From assembly GCA_002269645.1 (NCBI GenBank), contig NIVC01002205.1, positions 1 through 64,000 on the forward strand: a stretch of DNA of 64,000 nucleotides, written 5' to 3'. Below are positions 9,701 through 22,789 of the stretch, piece by piece. The notes under the pieces are model-generated. The model ran no database searches, was not told the origin of the DNA, and worked only from the letters and a program-made list of their open reading frames with translations. The first letter of the stretch is position 1. The number at the start of each line of letters is the position of its first letter. Position numbers and translations under genes: made by a program. The DNA comes from Macrostomum lignano (taxonomy: Eukaryota).

Positions 9701-10264
9701 TTACTTTTAACTCAACAATACTGGGTGTTCCTTGTTGTTATTTTCTCTTCCAAAAAAAATTGCCTAGCTGCGAACTGTGATGGTGCATATCGCGTACTCG
9801 CGATTCAATAGCTTATACTTATTACTGTTTTACTTATTGCCTTCCGATATCAATGCTATTTATTGCGTGTAATATTACCGCAAAATTCAAGTTCGGGTGT
9901 CATTATTTAGCTACTGCCGCTGTTCTGCATTACAATTATTATAGTACTTCGTATCTACTGACGTAACATTGTACCAAAAATTTTACATTGCGTGGCGCCG
10001 AAACCAATCTTGTTGAATGCTACTAGCGTAATAGCCGTTTGAATTGCTTGAAATACATTGTAATGCCATGCTGTATTGCTTTTGACGATCTAAACGACAC
10101 TGGCTAGACTTCACTGATCCATATGCTCCTCAAGCAAGGTATATGGAAAGCAGATTGAGCAGCAAACTTAGTGTTTGATTGATAGAGATATTTTATATCA
10201 ATAGTTGGATCCTTGGATCACGGATAGAACCAAGGAATCTAGATCTGAAGGCATGGAGGCATGC

Positions 10265-11155
10265 GGGGGGAGCCGCGGAAAGCAGCGGAGCTGTTGGGGG
10301 AGCGGCGGAAAGCAGCGGAGCTGTTAGGGGAGCGGCGGAAAGCAGCGGAGCTGTTGGTGGAAGCAGCGGAAAGCAGCGGAGCTGTTGGGGGAGCGGCGGA
10401 AAGCAGTGGAGCTGTTAGGGGGGAGCGGCGGAAAGCAGCGGAGCTGTTGGGGGAGCGGCGGAAAGCAGCGGAGCTGTTGGGGGGAGCGGCGGAATGCAGC
10501 GGAGCTGTTGGTGGAAGCAGCGGAAAGCAGCGGAGCTGTTGGGGGAGCGGCGGAAAGCAGCGGAGCTGTTGGGGGAGCGGCGGAAAGCAGCGGAGCTGTT
10601 GGTGGAAGCAGCGGAAAGCAGCGGAGCTGTTGGGGGAGCGGCGGAAAGCAGCGGAGCTGTTGGGGGAGCGGCGGAAAGCAGCGGAGCTGTTGGGGGAGCG
10701 GCGGAAAGCAGTGGAGCTGTTAGGGGGGAGCGGCGGAAAGCAGCGGAGCTGTTGGTGGAAGCAGCGGAAAGCAGCGCGGAGCTGTTGGGGGAGCGGCGGA
10801 AAGCAGCGGAGCTGTTGGGGGAGCGGCGGAAAGCAGCGGAGCTGTTGGGGGAGCGGCGGAAAGCAGTGGAGCTGTTAGGGGGGAGCGGCGGAAAGCAGCG
10901 GAGCTGTTGGGGGAGCGGCGGAAAGCAGCGGAGCTGTTGGGGGGAGCGGCGGAATGCAGCGGAGCTGTTGGTGGAAGCAGCGGAAAGCAGCAGAGCTGTT
11001 GGGGGAGCGGCGGAAAGCAGCGGAGCTGTTGGGGGAGCGGCGGAAAGCAGCGGAGCTGTTAGGGGGGAGCGGCGGAAAGCAGCGGAGCTGTTGGGGGAGC
11101 GGCGGAAAGCAGCGGAGCTGTTGGGGGAGCGGCGGAATGCAGCGGAGCTGTTGGT
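10265..11155. repeat. G-rich 30-bp minisatellite (GGAGCGGCGGAAAGCAGCGGAGCTGTTGGG), about 30 copies
   Basis: Direct reading; unit variants TTGGTGGA and TTAGGGGG recur. Confidence 0.95.
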
Positions 11156-11437
11156 TTGATAACAGCTGACGAGGCTGACAGGCTTATTTGCATAGAGCGA
11201 TGCTATGAGAATGAATTCAGTCAGTCAGTTTAAGGCAGAATGCTGGCTCTCTGCCTCTGCCTACCCTTCAACTGAATCGAGTGAACTCGCAGTGCCGGAA
11301 GTGCCCGAAGTTGGTTCTACATGTACGTATTGTTTTGGCAAACTGGATTACAAAAAGGTACGGCTCATATATTACAGTGTATACGACATGTATTTGAGTG
11401 GCGAATTGGTGACGGTTTAAATGTTGCTAGGGCTACG

Positions 11438-11893
11438 CACAGATACTAAAATAACTAGATGGGCCACTCAGGCATATATACTTAGTAAAACAGCTTTCTA
11501 CTTTCAGTTCAGTAGCAAGGAAGTATATATAAGCTATTTTATAAAAATAAAGGCAGCTGAAATGACTTTGATAAGTTTAGAAGCCCAAGCTTGCAGGCGT
11601 AAACAGCTTGCTAATTGGTTCGGCAGTAATGTACATTAGCCAGTCCACTTTAAATATACATGGCCGCTTTAGGCTGGAATCCCGAAAAAGGCAATAAAAA
11701 TTAGGGTGGGGCGGGGCGAGGGGGGGTGGAAAGGCGCGGTTGGAGGTTTAAGTGGGGGAGGGGGGTAAGAGCCAATAAATGAGCCTTGGCTTTAAAAATA
11801 CATTAAAATGCTTCTGTTTAACTTGCTACTGAACTGAAAGTAGCTTACACGCAAATGTGCTGAGTGGCCCATCTGGTTATTCTAGTATCTGTG
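11438..11893. mobile_element. MITE with long imperfect TIRs and 8-bp TSD (hAT or P-like)
   Basis: TIR CACAGATACTA(A/G)AATAAC(T/C)AGATGGG..., TSD GGGCTACG at 11430-11437 and 11894-11901; G-quadruplex-like core at 11702-11765. Confidence 0.85.
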
Positions 11894-12170
11894 GGGCTAC
11901 GTGTATGTGACCCGGCCGGTGCTCTACTACCTTGAATTCATGCCAGTAAAGCTCAGCCTCCGATCATTTACTAATTATTTAATGTCGCGAAAGGGGACTC
12001 TCAGTCCCCAACATCCTGCATGGTATTAGGGGGCCTAGGGTCTTGTCCTTGGGGCCTTCGACAAGTGACTGCCGCAATTTGACTGGGGACTATGAACTCT
12101 AAACATTGGCACCTCAAGATTAGAGCGGCGGCACTCGAACCAAAATAATGTTGAAGGACTACAGAATACA

Positions 12171-15100
12171 TCTCTTCTTCTCTCTCCTAATACTAAAACC
12201 GACGCGATGTTTGTCTGTCTGTATGTCTGTCTGTCTGTATGTAGCAAGTGAACTCCTACAATTCTGCCAAGTCAACGTCGAAACTTATATGGGAAAACTG
12301 CAAATTTTCCGGAGCAGGCTTTAGGCTATTTTAATTTTTAATTTTCACATTTTAACATCCCTAAAAAAGCAGAAAACTGCTTTTTTAACCCCCAATAACC
12401 TTCTTTGGTCACTCTGCCTGGGGCTTCAGCCAGTTTGTAAAAATAGCCACCCCAACCTCCGCCCGCGGGCCGCTGTGTATTGAGGGGTGGTGGGTGCGCG
12501 TGTTCTGCGTTCAATGCAAATAAAACCCCCGCGTGTTGGGGGGTTAAGTTCAATTTAATGATTCCCCCAGACTGGGGGGTTGGGCTTGGGCTGAGTGTAC
12601 ATAGCAGTTGTACAGTGTAAATAGATAGACTGTGTCGAGATTCATTTGGTTTTATTATTGGCAGCCATGTGTATTAGTTTGGCAGTGAAATTCAATGAAT
12701 AAACTTGCGAGCTTCTCTAGCAAGCAGTCGGGAAATCGGTAAATTTCAAACGCTAACTGTTCCTCGAGTTTTAAACTTTGAGAGGAGAGACTTATATTGC
12801 TGGAAAGATCTTGCAACGCTGAGTTTGGGGATATAAGTTGTTTGCTTTATATATGAAAAGAAAAAGCACAGCATTTGAAAAACTATTTTCATACTTTTAA
12901 CTTTCTGCAAAGATTGTACTTAGTTTTGCGAGACGTAATAGATAAAGTTGGGGAGGGTTCAACTTCTCACTGCTGCTGTGTATTGGAGGGTTGATTTAGA
13001 TTGCGCAACTGTTTATTTAACTTTAAATAAGACTGATACTGTCTGGCTGAGAAATGGTTTGCGCAATTAATTGATTCAATTAATTCAACACGCAGCTCTG
13101 TGCAGCTCGAACCCTAACCCTAACCAATGAATTCTGAAAGTTAAGTTCTTTTTGACAGAGAAAATTTCGATTGAGTCCAGTTTCACGGAGTATTCTGATG
13201 GTTTTCGGTTTCACGGAGAGGATTTATTTTTCGTGGAGAGAATTTAGATGTATTTCTGTTTTACGGAGACGATTTTGATGGATGTCAGTTTCACTCAGAG
13301 GATTTCCATGGAGCCCAGTTTCACGGAGAGGATTTCTGTTTCGCGGAGAGGATTTCTGTTTCACGGAGGGATTTTGATGGATTTGGTATCTTCAGTCAGT
13401 CAGTAAAGAGAGTAAAGAGAAGAGTGAAAAGAGAAGAGAGAAGAGATTATAGAAAAGAGAGTAGAGATGAGAGAGGACAGATTAGACATGACAGATGGGA
13501 GAGAAGAGGGGAGTAAGGCGGGAACGAAGAGGGAGAGAGAAGAAAAGAGGAGAGAGGAGATGAGAGGGAATATATGAGATAGCAGAGGGAGACAGGAGAG
13601 ATGAGAGGAGAGAGAAGAGAGGAGCTGAGAGTAGAGGAGAAAGAAATAGTGAGATGAGGCATGAGGGATGAGAGATGAGAGAGGAGAGAAGAGAGGAGAG
13701 AGGAGAGAGGAGAAAACAGGGGATAAAGGAGACAGAAGAGAAAGACGAAAGACGAGGGAGAAGAGATAAATAAGGTGGTAGAGATGAGAGACGTGAGAGG
13801 AGAGAAAAGAGAAGAGAGGAGACAGAAGAATCTGAGTCTGGACAATGGCAGTCAGTTTTTGCGAACAGGGAAAACAAGATATGGTATTTGAAAGGCTTTA
13901 CAGAGGATTTGGAGATGATTTGGAAGATGGGATTCAAGTCATGGAATTTCAGCTGATGGATTTCAGGGAATGGAATTCCGGTGATGGGAGTTCTTCCCCT
14001 TTCTCCTCCAGAGGAGGAGTTGGCCTCGTTAATACTAAAAGTGGTGCGATGTTTGTCTGTTTGTCTGTTTGTCTGTTTGTCTGTTTGTCTGTTTGTCTGT
14101 TTGTCTGTTTGTTGCAATTTTTCTCCTAGAATACTGGCAAGTCAGCGTCGAAACTTATATGGGGAAACTGCAAATTTTCCGGGTCGGGCTATAGGCTATT
14201 TTAATATTTTATTTTCGATTGTTAAGATCCCTAAAAAAGCAGAAAACTGCAATCTTGACCTTTGATAATCTTATTTGTCCCCTCTTTCTGCTCGGAGCTG
14301 ATAAAATGCATCAATTTTGATTGATTGCGCCATAACTTTCTCCTATCTCGCCAGTGCATTTCTCTCCAGTTGGGGGATGGGGCGTTCTAAGTGGCTGCGT
14401 GTGTACACTTGGACCCTGGCTCACTGGCGCACTGTATAGATGATTGCGCAATGATTTGGCTACTGTTATGTTGTTCTGCCTTTCAACATGAAGCCCTGTG
14501 TATTGTGGGAGAGTGAAATTCATTGCATAACTCGCGAGTCGCTTTAACAGGCGGTGAGCGTACACTCGATATTTCAATGCTTTAAATCGGAAAGTTGTAA
14601 ACGCTAACTGCTCTTCGAGTTCTAAACTTAAAGAGAAGAGACTTATATTGCCGGAAAGAGCTTGCAACACTGAGTTTAGAGGTATAAGTTGTTTGCTTTA
14701 AATATGAAAACAAAAAGGACAGCATTAAAAAACTATTTCCGAACTTTTAACTTTCTGCAAAGATTGCACTTAGTTTCGCTAGACGTAATACGAGCGTAGA
14801 TAAAGTTATGGGGAGGGTTCAACTTCTTACTGCCACTGTGTATTGGAGGGTTGAATTAGATTGCGCAATCATTTTGTTAACTTTACCTGAGCCTGATACT
14901 GACTAAATGAGAAATCGGTTGCGCAATAAATTGATTCAATTAATTCAATATTCTTATCGGCGCCTTTCAACCCGCAGCTCTGTGCAGCTCTAACCCTAAC
15001 CCTAACCACTGATGGCACTGAACCCTGAGAGTTAAGTTCTTTTTGACGGAGAAAATTTCGATTGAGTCCAGTTTTACGGAGAGGATTTCGATGGTTTTCA

Positions 15101-18100
15101 GTTTCACGGAGAGGATTTCTGTTTCGCGGAGAGGAGTTTGATGGATTTGGAGATGTTTTGATGATGGGATTCGGGTCATGGGATTCAGCTAAGGGGTTTC
15201 GGGGAATGGAATTCCGGTGATGGGAGTTCTTCCCCTTTCTCCTCCATCGGAGGAGTTGGCCTCGTTAATACTAAAACTGGTGCGATGTTTGTTTGTGTGT
15301 TGCAATTTTTCTCCTAGACTACTGGCAAGTCAGCGTTGAAACTTATTTGGGAAAACTGCAAATTTTCCGGATTGGGTTTATAGCTATTTTAATCTTTCAT
15401 TTTTACATTTTAAGATCCCTAAAAAGCAGAAAACTGTTTTTTTTTTAACCCTCAATAACCTTCTTTGGCCACTCTGCCTGGGGCTGCAGCCAGTTTGTAA
15501 AAATAGCCACCCCAACCTCCGCCCGCGGGCCGCTGTGTATTGAGGGGTGGTGGGTGCGCGTGTTCCGCGTTCAATGCAAATAACCCTCCCCCGCGGGGTT
15601 CAATTAAATTTAACGATTCCCCCGAAATGGGGAGTTGGGCTTGGGCTGAGTGTACATAGCAGTTGTACAGTGTAAGGAGATAGCTAGGACTGTGTCGAGA
15701 TTTAATTGGTTTTATTATCGGCGACATTCAATAGGCAGCCATGTGTATTTGCTGGGCAGTAAAATTCAATGAATAAACTTGCGAGCCTCTTTAGCAGGCA
15801 GTGAACGTACACTCGATACTTCAATGCTTTAAATCAGGAAATTTCAAACGCTAACTGTTCCTCGAGTTTTAAACTTTCAGAGGAGAGACTTATATTGCTG
15901 GAAAGATCTTGCAATACTCAGTTCGGGGATATAAGTTGTTTGCTTTAAATGTGCAAACAAAAAAGCACAGCATTTAAAAAACGATTTCCATACTTTTAAC
16001 TTTCTGCAGTGTACTCATTCTGGAGTTCAATGGGGGTTCGACCAACCCCCCAACAGTTGGTGGGAGGGGGGTTCAACTTTTAATTGCCACTGCGTATTGG
16101 AAGGGGGTCAGTCGCTGTGTATTGGAGGGTTGATTTAGTTTGCGCAATCTTTTTGTTAACTTTTACCGAGACTGATACTGACTGACTGTGAAATCGGTTG
16201 CGCATTCAATGAATTCAATTGGTTCAATTTTTTATCGGCGCCTTTCAACACGCTGCTGCGTTGTAGCTCTAACCCTAACCCTAACCCTAACCACTAAATC
16301 CTGAGAGTTGATTCTTTTTGACGGAGAAAATTTCAATTCAGTCCAGTTTTATGGAGAGAATTTCTGTTTCGCGGAGACGATTTTGATGGATGTCAGTTTC
16401 ACGCAGAGGATTTCCATGGAGTCCAGTTTCACGGAAAGGATTTCTGTTTCTCGGAGAGGATTTTGATGAATGTCAGTTTCACGGAGAGGTGTTTGATGGA
16501 GTTCTCTTTTACGGAGAGGATTTCGATGATGTTCAGTTTCGCGGAGAGGAGTTGGATGATGGGATTCAGGGAATAGCATTTCAGGGAATGGAGTTCCGGT
16601 GATGGGAATTCTTCCCCTTTCTCCTCCAGAGGAGGAGTTGGCCTCGTCCTTATACTAAAACCGACGCGATGTTTGTCTGTCTGTCTGTCTGTATGTAGCA
16701 AGTGAACTCCTACAATACTGCCAAGTCAGCGTCGAAACTTATATGGGAAAACTGCAAATTTTCCGGAGCAGGCTTTAGGCTATTTTAATTTTTAATTTTC
16801 ACATTTTAACATCCCTAAAAACGCAGAAAACTGCTTTTTTAACCCCCAATAACCTTCTTTGGCCACTCTGACTGGGGCTGCAGCCAGTTTGTAAAAATAG
16901 CCACCCCTACCTCCGCCCGCGGGCCGCTGTGTATTGAGGGGTGGTGGGTGCGCGTGTTCTGCGTTCAATGCAAATAAAACCCCCGCGTATTGGGGGGTCG
17001 AGTTAAATTTAATGCTTCCCCCAGAACGGGGGTTGGGCTTGGGCTGAGTGTACATAGCAGTTGTACAGTGTAAATAGATAGGACTGTGTCGAGATTCTAT
17101 TGGTTTTATTATTGGCGCCTTTTTTCTCTCCATAGGCTAGATTGACTGACTGACTGTGAAATCAGTTGCGCAATGAATTGATTCAATTAGTTTAATATTT
17201 TTATCAGTGCCTTTTAACACGAAGCAGTGCGTAGTTCTAACCCTAACCCTAACCCTAACCCTAACCAATGAATCCGGAGAGTTGAGTTGTTTGACGGAAA
17301 AAATTCGATTGAGTCCAGTTTAGCAGAGACGATTTCAATGTTTTAATTTTGACGAAGAGGATTTCTGTTTCGTGGAGAGGATTTCGATGGTGTTCAGTTT
17401 CGTGGAGAGGATTTCGATGGTGTTCAGTTTCGTGGAGAGGATTTCAATGGTGTTCAGTTTCGTGGAAAGGATTTCGATGATGTTCAGTTTCACGGAGAGG
17501 ATTTCGATGATGTTCAGCTTCACGGAGAGGATTTCTGTTTCGCGGAGATAATTTATGATTGATTTCTGTTTTATGGAGACCATTTTGATGGATTTAAGTT
17601 TCAAGGAGAGGATTTCGAAGGAGTCCAGTTTCACGGAGAGGATTTCGATGGTTTTCAGTTGCACGGACAGGATTTTTCTGCTTCGCGGAGAGGATCTTGA
17701 TGGATTTGGCATCTTCAATCAGTCAGAGAAGAGAGTAAAGAGAAGAATGAAAGAGAAGAGAGATGAGATGATAGAAAACAGAGTAGAAATGAGTGGAGAG
17801 ATTAGACATGACAGATGGGAGAGAAGAGGGGAGTAAGGCGGGAACGAAGGAGAGAGAAGAGAAGAGGAGAGAGGAGATGAAGGGAGAGGATATGAGAGAG
17901 GAGATATGAGATAGCAGAGAGGAGACAGGAGAGAGAAGAAAGGAGGGATAAGAGCGTACAGAGGCAATAGAAGAGAGGAAAGAGAGGAGAGAGGTGAGAG
18001 GTGAGAGGAGAGAGATGAAAGATCAGAGATCAGAGATTTAAGAGAAGAAAGTAGTGAGGAGAAAGAAGAGGGTAAAGATGAGAGTGCAGAGAGGAGAGAA

Positions 18101-21100
18101 ACGAGATGAGACAGGTGGTAGAAAGGAGTGTAAAAACAGCAGATAAGAAAGGGGAGGGTGAGAGTGAAAGCATATAGGAAAGTGTAAAAGGGGAGCAGAG
18201 GAGAGAGAATAGATAAGTGAGTAGAGAAGAGATATGAGAGAGGAAAGACGAGGGGAGAGAGGAGACAGGAGAGAGTAAATTTGAAAGACCTGGGAGAAGA
18301 GATAAATAAGATAGTACAGATGAGAGGAGAGAGAGGAGAGATGAGAGATGCAATGAGAAAAGAGATGAGTGAGAAAATAAGAGAGAGAAGAGATTAGAGA
18401 TTAGAGAAGAGATGAGGGGAGATGAGAGGAGAGAAGAGAGAATGGAGAGGAGAGAAAAGAGAGGAGAAGAGACAGGTGATGCAGTAGAAAGGAGGGAAGA
18501 AAAATGGGAGATAAGAAAGGTCGGTTGAGAGCGTATAAGAGATACGAGAAATGAGAGCAGAGAGAAGAGAGAAAAGGGAAGAGAGAAAGTAGAGCGGAGA
18601 CGATAGATAAGTGATTAGAGATGAGATATGAGAGAGGAGAGAAAAGGGGAGAGATAAGATAGAAGATAGGAGAGTAAACAGGAGAGGGAGAAGAGAAAGA
18701 CGAAAGACGAGGGAGAAGAGATAAATAAGGGAGTAGAGATAAATAAGAGAGTAGGGGTAGAGATGAGATGAGAGAGAGGAGAGAGAAGCGAGTCACGATA
18801 ATAGCGAAGAGAGGAGAGAGTAGATATGAGAGACGTAAGAGTCTTTGAGCTATGGTCTTTGAAAGGTTTGTAAAGAATTTGGAGACGATTTGGAAGATGG
18901 GGTTCAAGACATGGAATTTCAGTTGATGGATAATTCAGGGAATGGAATTCCGGTGATGGGAGTTCTTCCCCTTTCTCCTCCGAAGGAGGAGTTCCACTCG
19001 TCCTAATACTAAAACTGACGCGATGTTTGTCTGTCTGTATGTATGTATGTAGCAAGTGAACTCCTACAATACTGCCAAGTCAGCGTCGAAACTTATATGG
19101 GAAAACTGCAAATTTTCCGGAGCAGGCTTTAGGCTATTTTAATTTTTAATTTTCACATTTTAACATCCCTAGAAAAGCAGAAAACTGCTTTTTTAACCCC
19201 CAATAACCTTCTTTGGCCACTCTGCCTGGGGCTGCAGCCAGTTTGTAAAAATAGCCACCCCAACCTCCGCCCGCGGGCCGCTGTGTATTGAGGGGTGGTG
19301 GGTGCGCGTGTTCTGGGTTCAATGCAAATAAACCCCCCCCCCGCGTGTTGGGAGGTTGAGTTAAATTTAATGCTTCCCCCAGAACGGGGGGTTGGGCTTG
19401 GGCTGAGTGTACATAGCAGTTGTACAGTGTAAATAGATAGACTGTGTCGAGATTCAATTGGTTTTATTATTGGCGCCTTTTTCCATAGGCAGCCCTGTGT
19501 ATTAGTTTGGCAGTGAAATTCAATGAATAAACTTGCGAGCTTCTCTAGCAAGCAGTCGGGAAATTGGTAAATTTCAAACGCTAACTGTTCCTCGAGTTTT
19601 AAACTTTGAGAGGAGAAACTTATATTGCTGGAAAGATCTTGCAACGCTGAGTTCGGGGATATAAGTTGCTTGCTTAAATTATGAAAAGAAAAAGCACAGC
19701 ATTTCAAAAACTACTTCCATACTTTTAACTTTCTGCAAAAATTGTACTCAGTTTTGCGAGACGTAATAGATAAAGTTGGGGGGAGGGTTCAACTTCTCAC
19801 TGCTGCTGTGTATTGGAGGGTTGATTTAGATTGCGCAATGCTTTTGTTATCTTTAACTGAGACTGATACTGACTGACTGTGAAATCGGTTGCGCAATGAA
19901 TTGATTCAATTAGTTCAATATTTTTATCAGTGCCTTTTAACACGAAGCTGTGCGTAGTTCTAACCCTAACCCTAACCCTAACCAATTAATCTGGAGAGTT
20001 GAGTTGTTTGACGGAAAAAATTCGATTGAGTCCAGTTTAGCGGAGACGATTTCAATGTTTTAATTTTGACGGAGAGGATTTCTGTTTCGTGGAGAGGATT
20101 TCGATGGTGTTCAGTTTCACGGAGAGGATTTCGATGATGTTCAGCTTCACGGAGAGGATTTCTGTTTCGCGGAGATAATTTACGATTGATTTCTGTTTTA
20201 TGGAGACGATTTTGATGGATTTAAGTTTCAAGGAGAGGATTTCGAAGGAGTCCAGTTTCACGGAGAGGATTTCGATAGCTTTCAGTTGCACGGACAGGAT
20301 TTTTCTGCTTCGCGGAAAGGATCTTGATGGATTTGGCATCTTCAATCAGTCAGAGAAGAAAGTAAAGAGAAGAATGAAAAGAAAAGATAGAAGAAATGAG
20401 AGGAGAGACTAGACATGACAGATGGGAGAGAAGAGGGGAGTAAGGCGGGAACGAAGGAGAGAGAAGAGAAGAGGAGAGAGGAGATGAGAGGGGAGATATG
20501 AGATTGCAGAGGGAGACAAGAGAGATGATAGGAGAGAGAATAGATGAGAGATAAGAGCGTACAGAGGAAATAGAAGAGAGGGGAGAGTAGAGGAGAAAGA
20601 AAGAGTGAGATGAGAGATGAGAGATGAGAGAGGAGGGGAGAGAGAATAGAGGAGAAAAGAGGGGAGAAAGGAGACAGGAGAGAGTACACACGAAAGACCA
20701 GGGAGAAGAAATAAATAAGGTAGTAGAGATGAGAGAGAGAGAGGAGAGAGAAGCGAAAGGAGAAGAGAGAGAGGAGAGAGGAGAGAGATAAAAGATCAGA
20801 TATGAGAGAGTGTAGAGAGGAAAGTAGTGAGGAGAGGAGAGATGAGAGATCCGATGAGAAGAGATGAGTGAGAACATAAGAGAGAAGAGATTAGAGATTA
20901 GAGAAGAGAGGGGAGAAGATGAAAGGAGCAAGGAGAGGAGAAAAGAGAGAATGGAGAGGATAGAAAAGAGAGAAGAGAAGAGACGGGGGATAGTGGAAAG
21001 GAGGAAAGAAAGATGGGAGACAAGAAAGTAGAGTCTGAGAGCGTATATGAGATATGAGAAATGAGAGCAGAGAGAAGAGAAAAGAGAAGAGAGAGGGTTA

Positions 21101-21566
21101 AGAGAGACGATAGATAAGTGAGTAGAGATGAGATATGAGAGAGGAGAGAAGAGGGAGAGATAAAAGAGAAGAGGAGACAGGAGACAGAAGTGAAGAGGAG
21201 AGATATGAGAGAAGAGAGGAGACAAGAGACAGGAGAGGGTACAGACGAAAGACGAAGGAGAAGAGATAAATAAGGGAGTAGGGGTAGAGATGAGAGAGGG
21301 GAGAGAGAAGAGAGTCACGATAATAGCAAAAAGAGGAGAGAGGAGATATGAGAGACGTGAGAGTCCGAGTCTGGACAATGCCAGTGAGTTTTTGCAAATA
21401 GGGAAAACAATATATCCGGTAATTGAAATGCATTGTAGAGGATTTGGAGATGATTTGGAAGATGGGATTCAAGTCATGGAATTTCAGCTGATAGGAGTTT
21501 TTCCCCTTCAGAATTCCGGTGATGGGAGTTCTTCCCCTTTCTCCTCCAGAGGAGGAATTCCACTCG
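12171..21566 (+). mobile_element. Head-to-tail array of five non-autonomous Helitron-like units
   Basis: Units start at 12171, 14029, 15265, 16647 and 19001 with T(CC)TAATACTAAAA and a (TCTG)n microsatellite; each ends in hairpin CTCCTCC-NNN-GGAGGA(G) followed by CTCG. Confidence 0.7.
13110..19983 (-). repeat. Five interstitial (TTAGGG)n seeds, one per array unit
   Basis: CTAACC runs at 13110-13125, 14990-15007, 16269-16292, 17237-17266 and 19960-19983. Confidence 0.9.
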
Positions 21567-22260
21567 TCTAACTATAAAAATCAAAACTGTGTGTGTGTCT
21601 GTCTGTGTACAAATTACTTCGCTATAGACTCCCAAACCGCTCAACCAAATTACACCAAATATTGCACCCACCCTAAATTCACTACGGAAAGTGTCATAGG
21701 CTACCTTAAAATTTCCTAAATTTGAGTCTTCCCACCTAAAAGTGCAAAAAACTGCTCAAAATGCGCGATTTTTCACTAAATCCTCCATAGCGCCGCTCCA
21801 CTTCCACCGATTCTCTTCAAATTGGACACACTCAATCTTCAACTATTTTGACACAATCGTGTAAAATTTCGAGTTTTAAAGTTAATCCTGAACGGCGCTG
21901 TGCAATTTTAAAGTTAGGCTGTTTTTTTCAGCGTTGCAACCACCCCAACCTCCGCCCGCCTGCCTCTCTTTCCCGATCTGGGCAAAGTGTAAATAGGTTT
22001 TAAAATGACTAACTTTCGGCTGCCATAAGTTTGCTCCACGTAAAGCGATTGACTTCAAATTTAACACAATTCTTCTTTGACTCATTCTCTGTCTAAATGT
22101 AAAGTTTCAACTCTCTAACTCAATCAGAACAGAAACTGTAAACATGTGAAGTTTGTCTGCTTTTTCTGTTGTTTGTGCCACTCACTCACTCATTCCCCCA
22201 GAGCCAGACGAAGGGTCAGGCGATAGGGCTCAATGTACATAGCGAATGTACAGTGTTTTA
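21567..22260 (+). mobile_element. Diverged Helitron-like unit (different subfamily), 5' part; may extend to about 25330
   Basis: Starts TCTAACTATAAAAATCAAAACTGTGTGTGTGTCTGTCTG right after the CTCG of unit 5; shares CCACCCCAACCTCCGCCCG and TGTACATAGC..TGTACAGTGT blocks. Confidence 0.6.
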
Positions 22261-22789
22261 GAATAACTTTTTAATAGCCTTCTCTGTACCCCGCGAGTGG
22301 AGAGCTAGAGGCGTGGAGAGGAGAGACAGTTTAGCGAGAGATTCAAACCACTGTCCTCTGTATAGACAAGTCTGCAGCAGTTAAACAAGGATGGCAATTG
22401 CAAGTCAAGGCGATGTGTGATAACGAAAAATTAATGAATAACTGATTACAATGCAATCCTATCCTACTAAATTAGTTACACCATGAAAATTTAAACATTA
22501 AGATTCGCATAAGGTTACTTTAAAATAAATGGCCTCCTAATAAATGCGTATTTCCTTAGTTGTTAGACTGCTGCAGACTGTGGTGGTGGTCGTGGAGCTG
22601 GAGATACACTAATTCCTCTCAGGGCTGCTAAATTGGCCAGAAAGATGACGTGATTAAAGCATGAGAAATGATAACAACCATTATAGTACTACGTCCCACA
22701 AACTGGCTTTCGAAGCGGGGATCGGCAGATTTTTATCTCAAAGGCCATGCAGATAAAGAATCCAGCTCATGGCTGCGGGCCAGATGAGA

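Noticed and set aside
10179-11169. Overlapping repetitive ORFs as real genes
   Set aside because: Translations of a 30-bp minisatellite in several frames; no unique coding context.
13110-19983. Telomeric runs as a chromosome end or fusion scar
   Set aside because: Only 2-5 repeats each, all on one strand, at a fixed position inside a repeated unit.
22370-22580. Possible MITE with AGTCTGCAGCAGT inverted ends
   Set aside because: Short inverted match and no TSD found.
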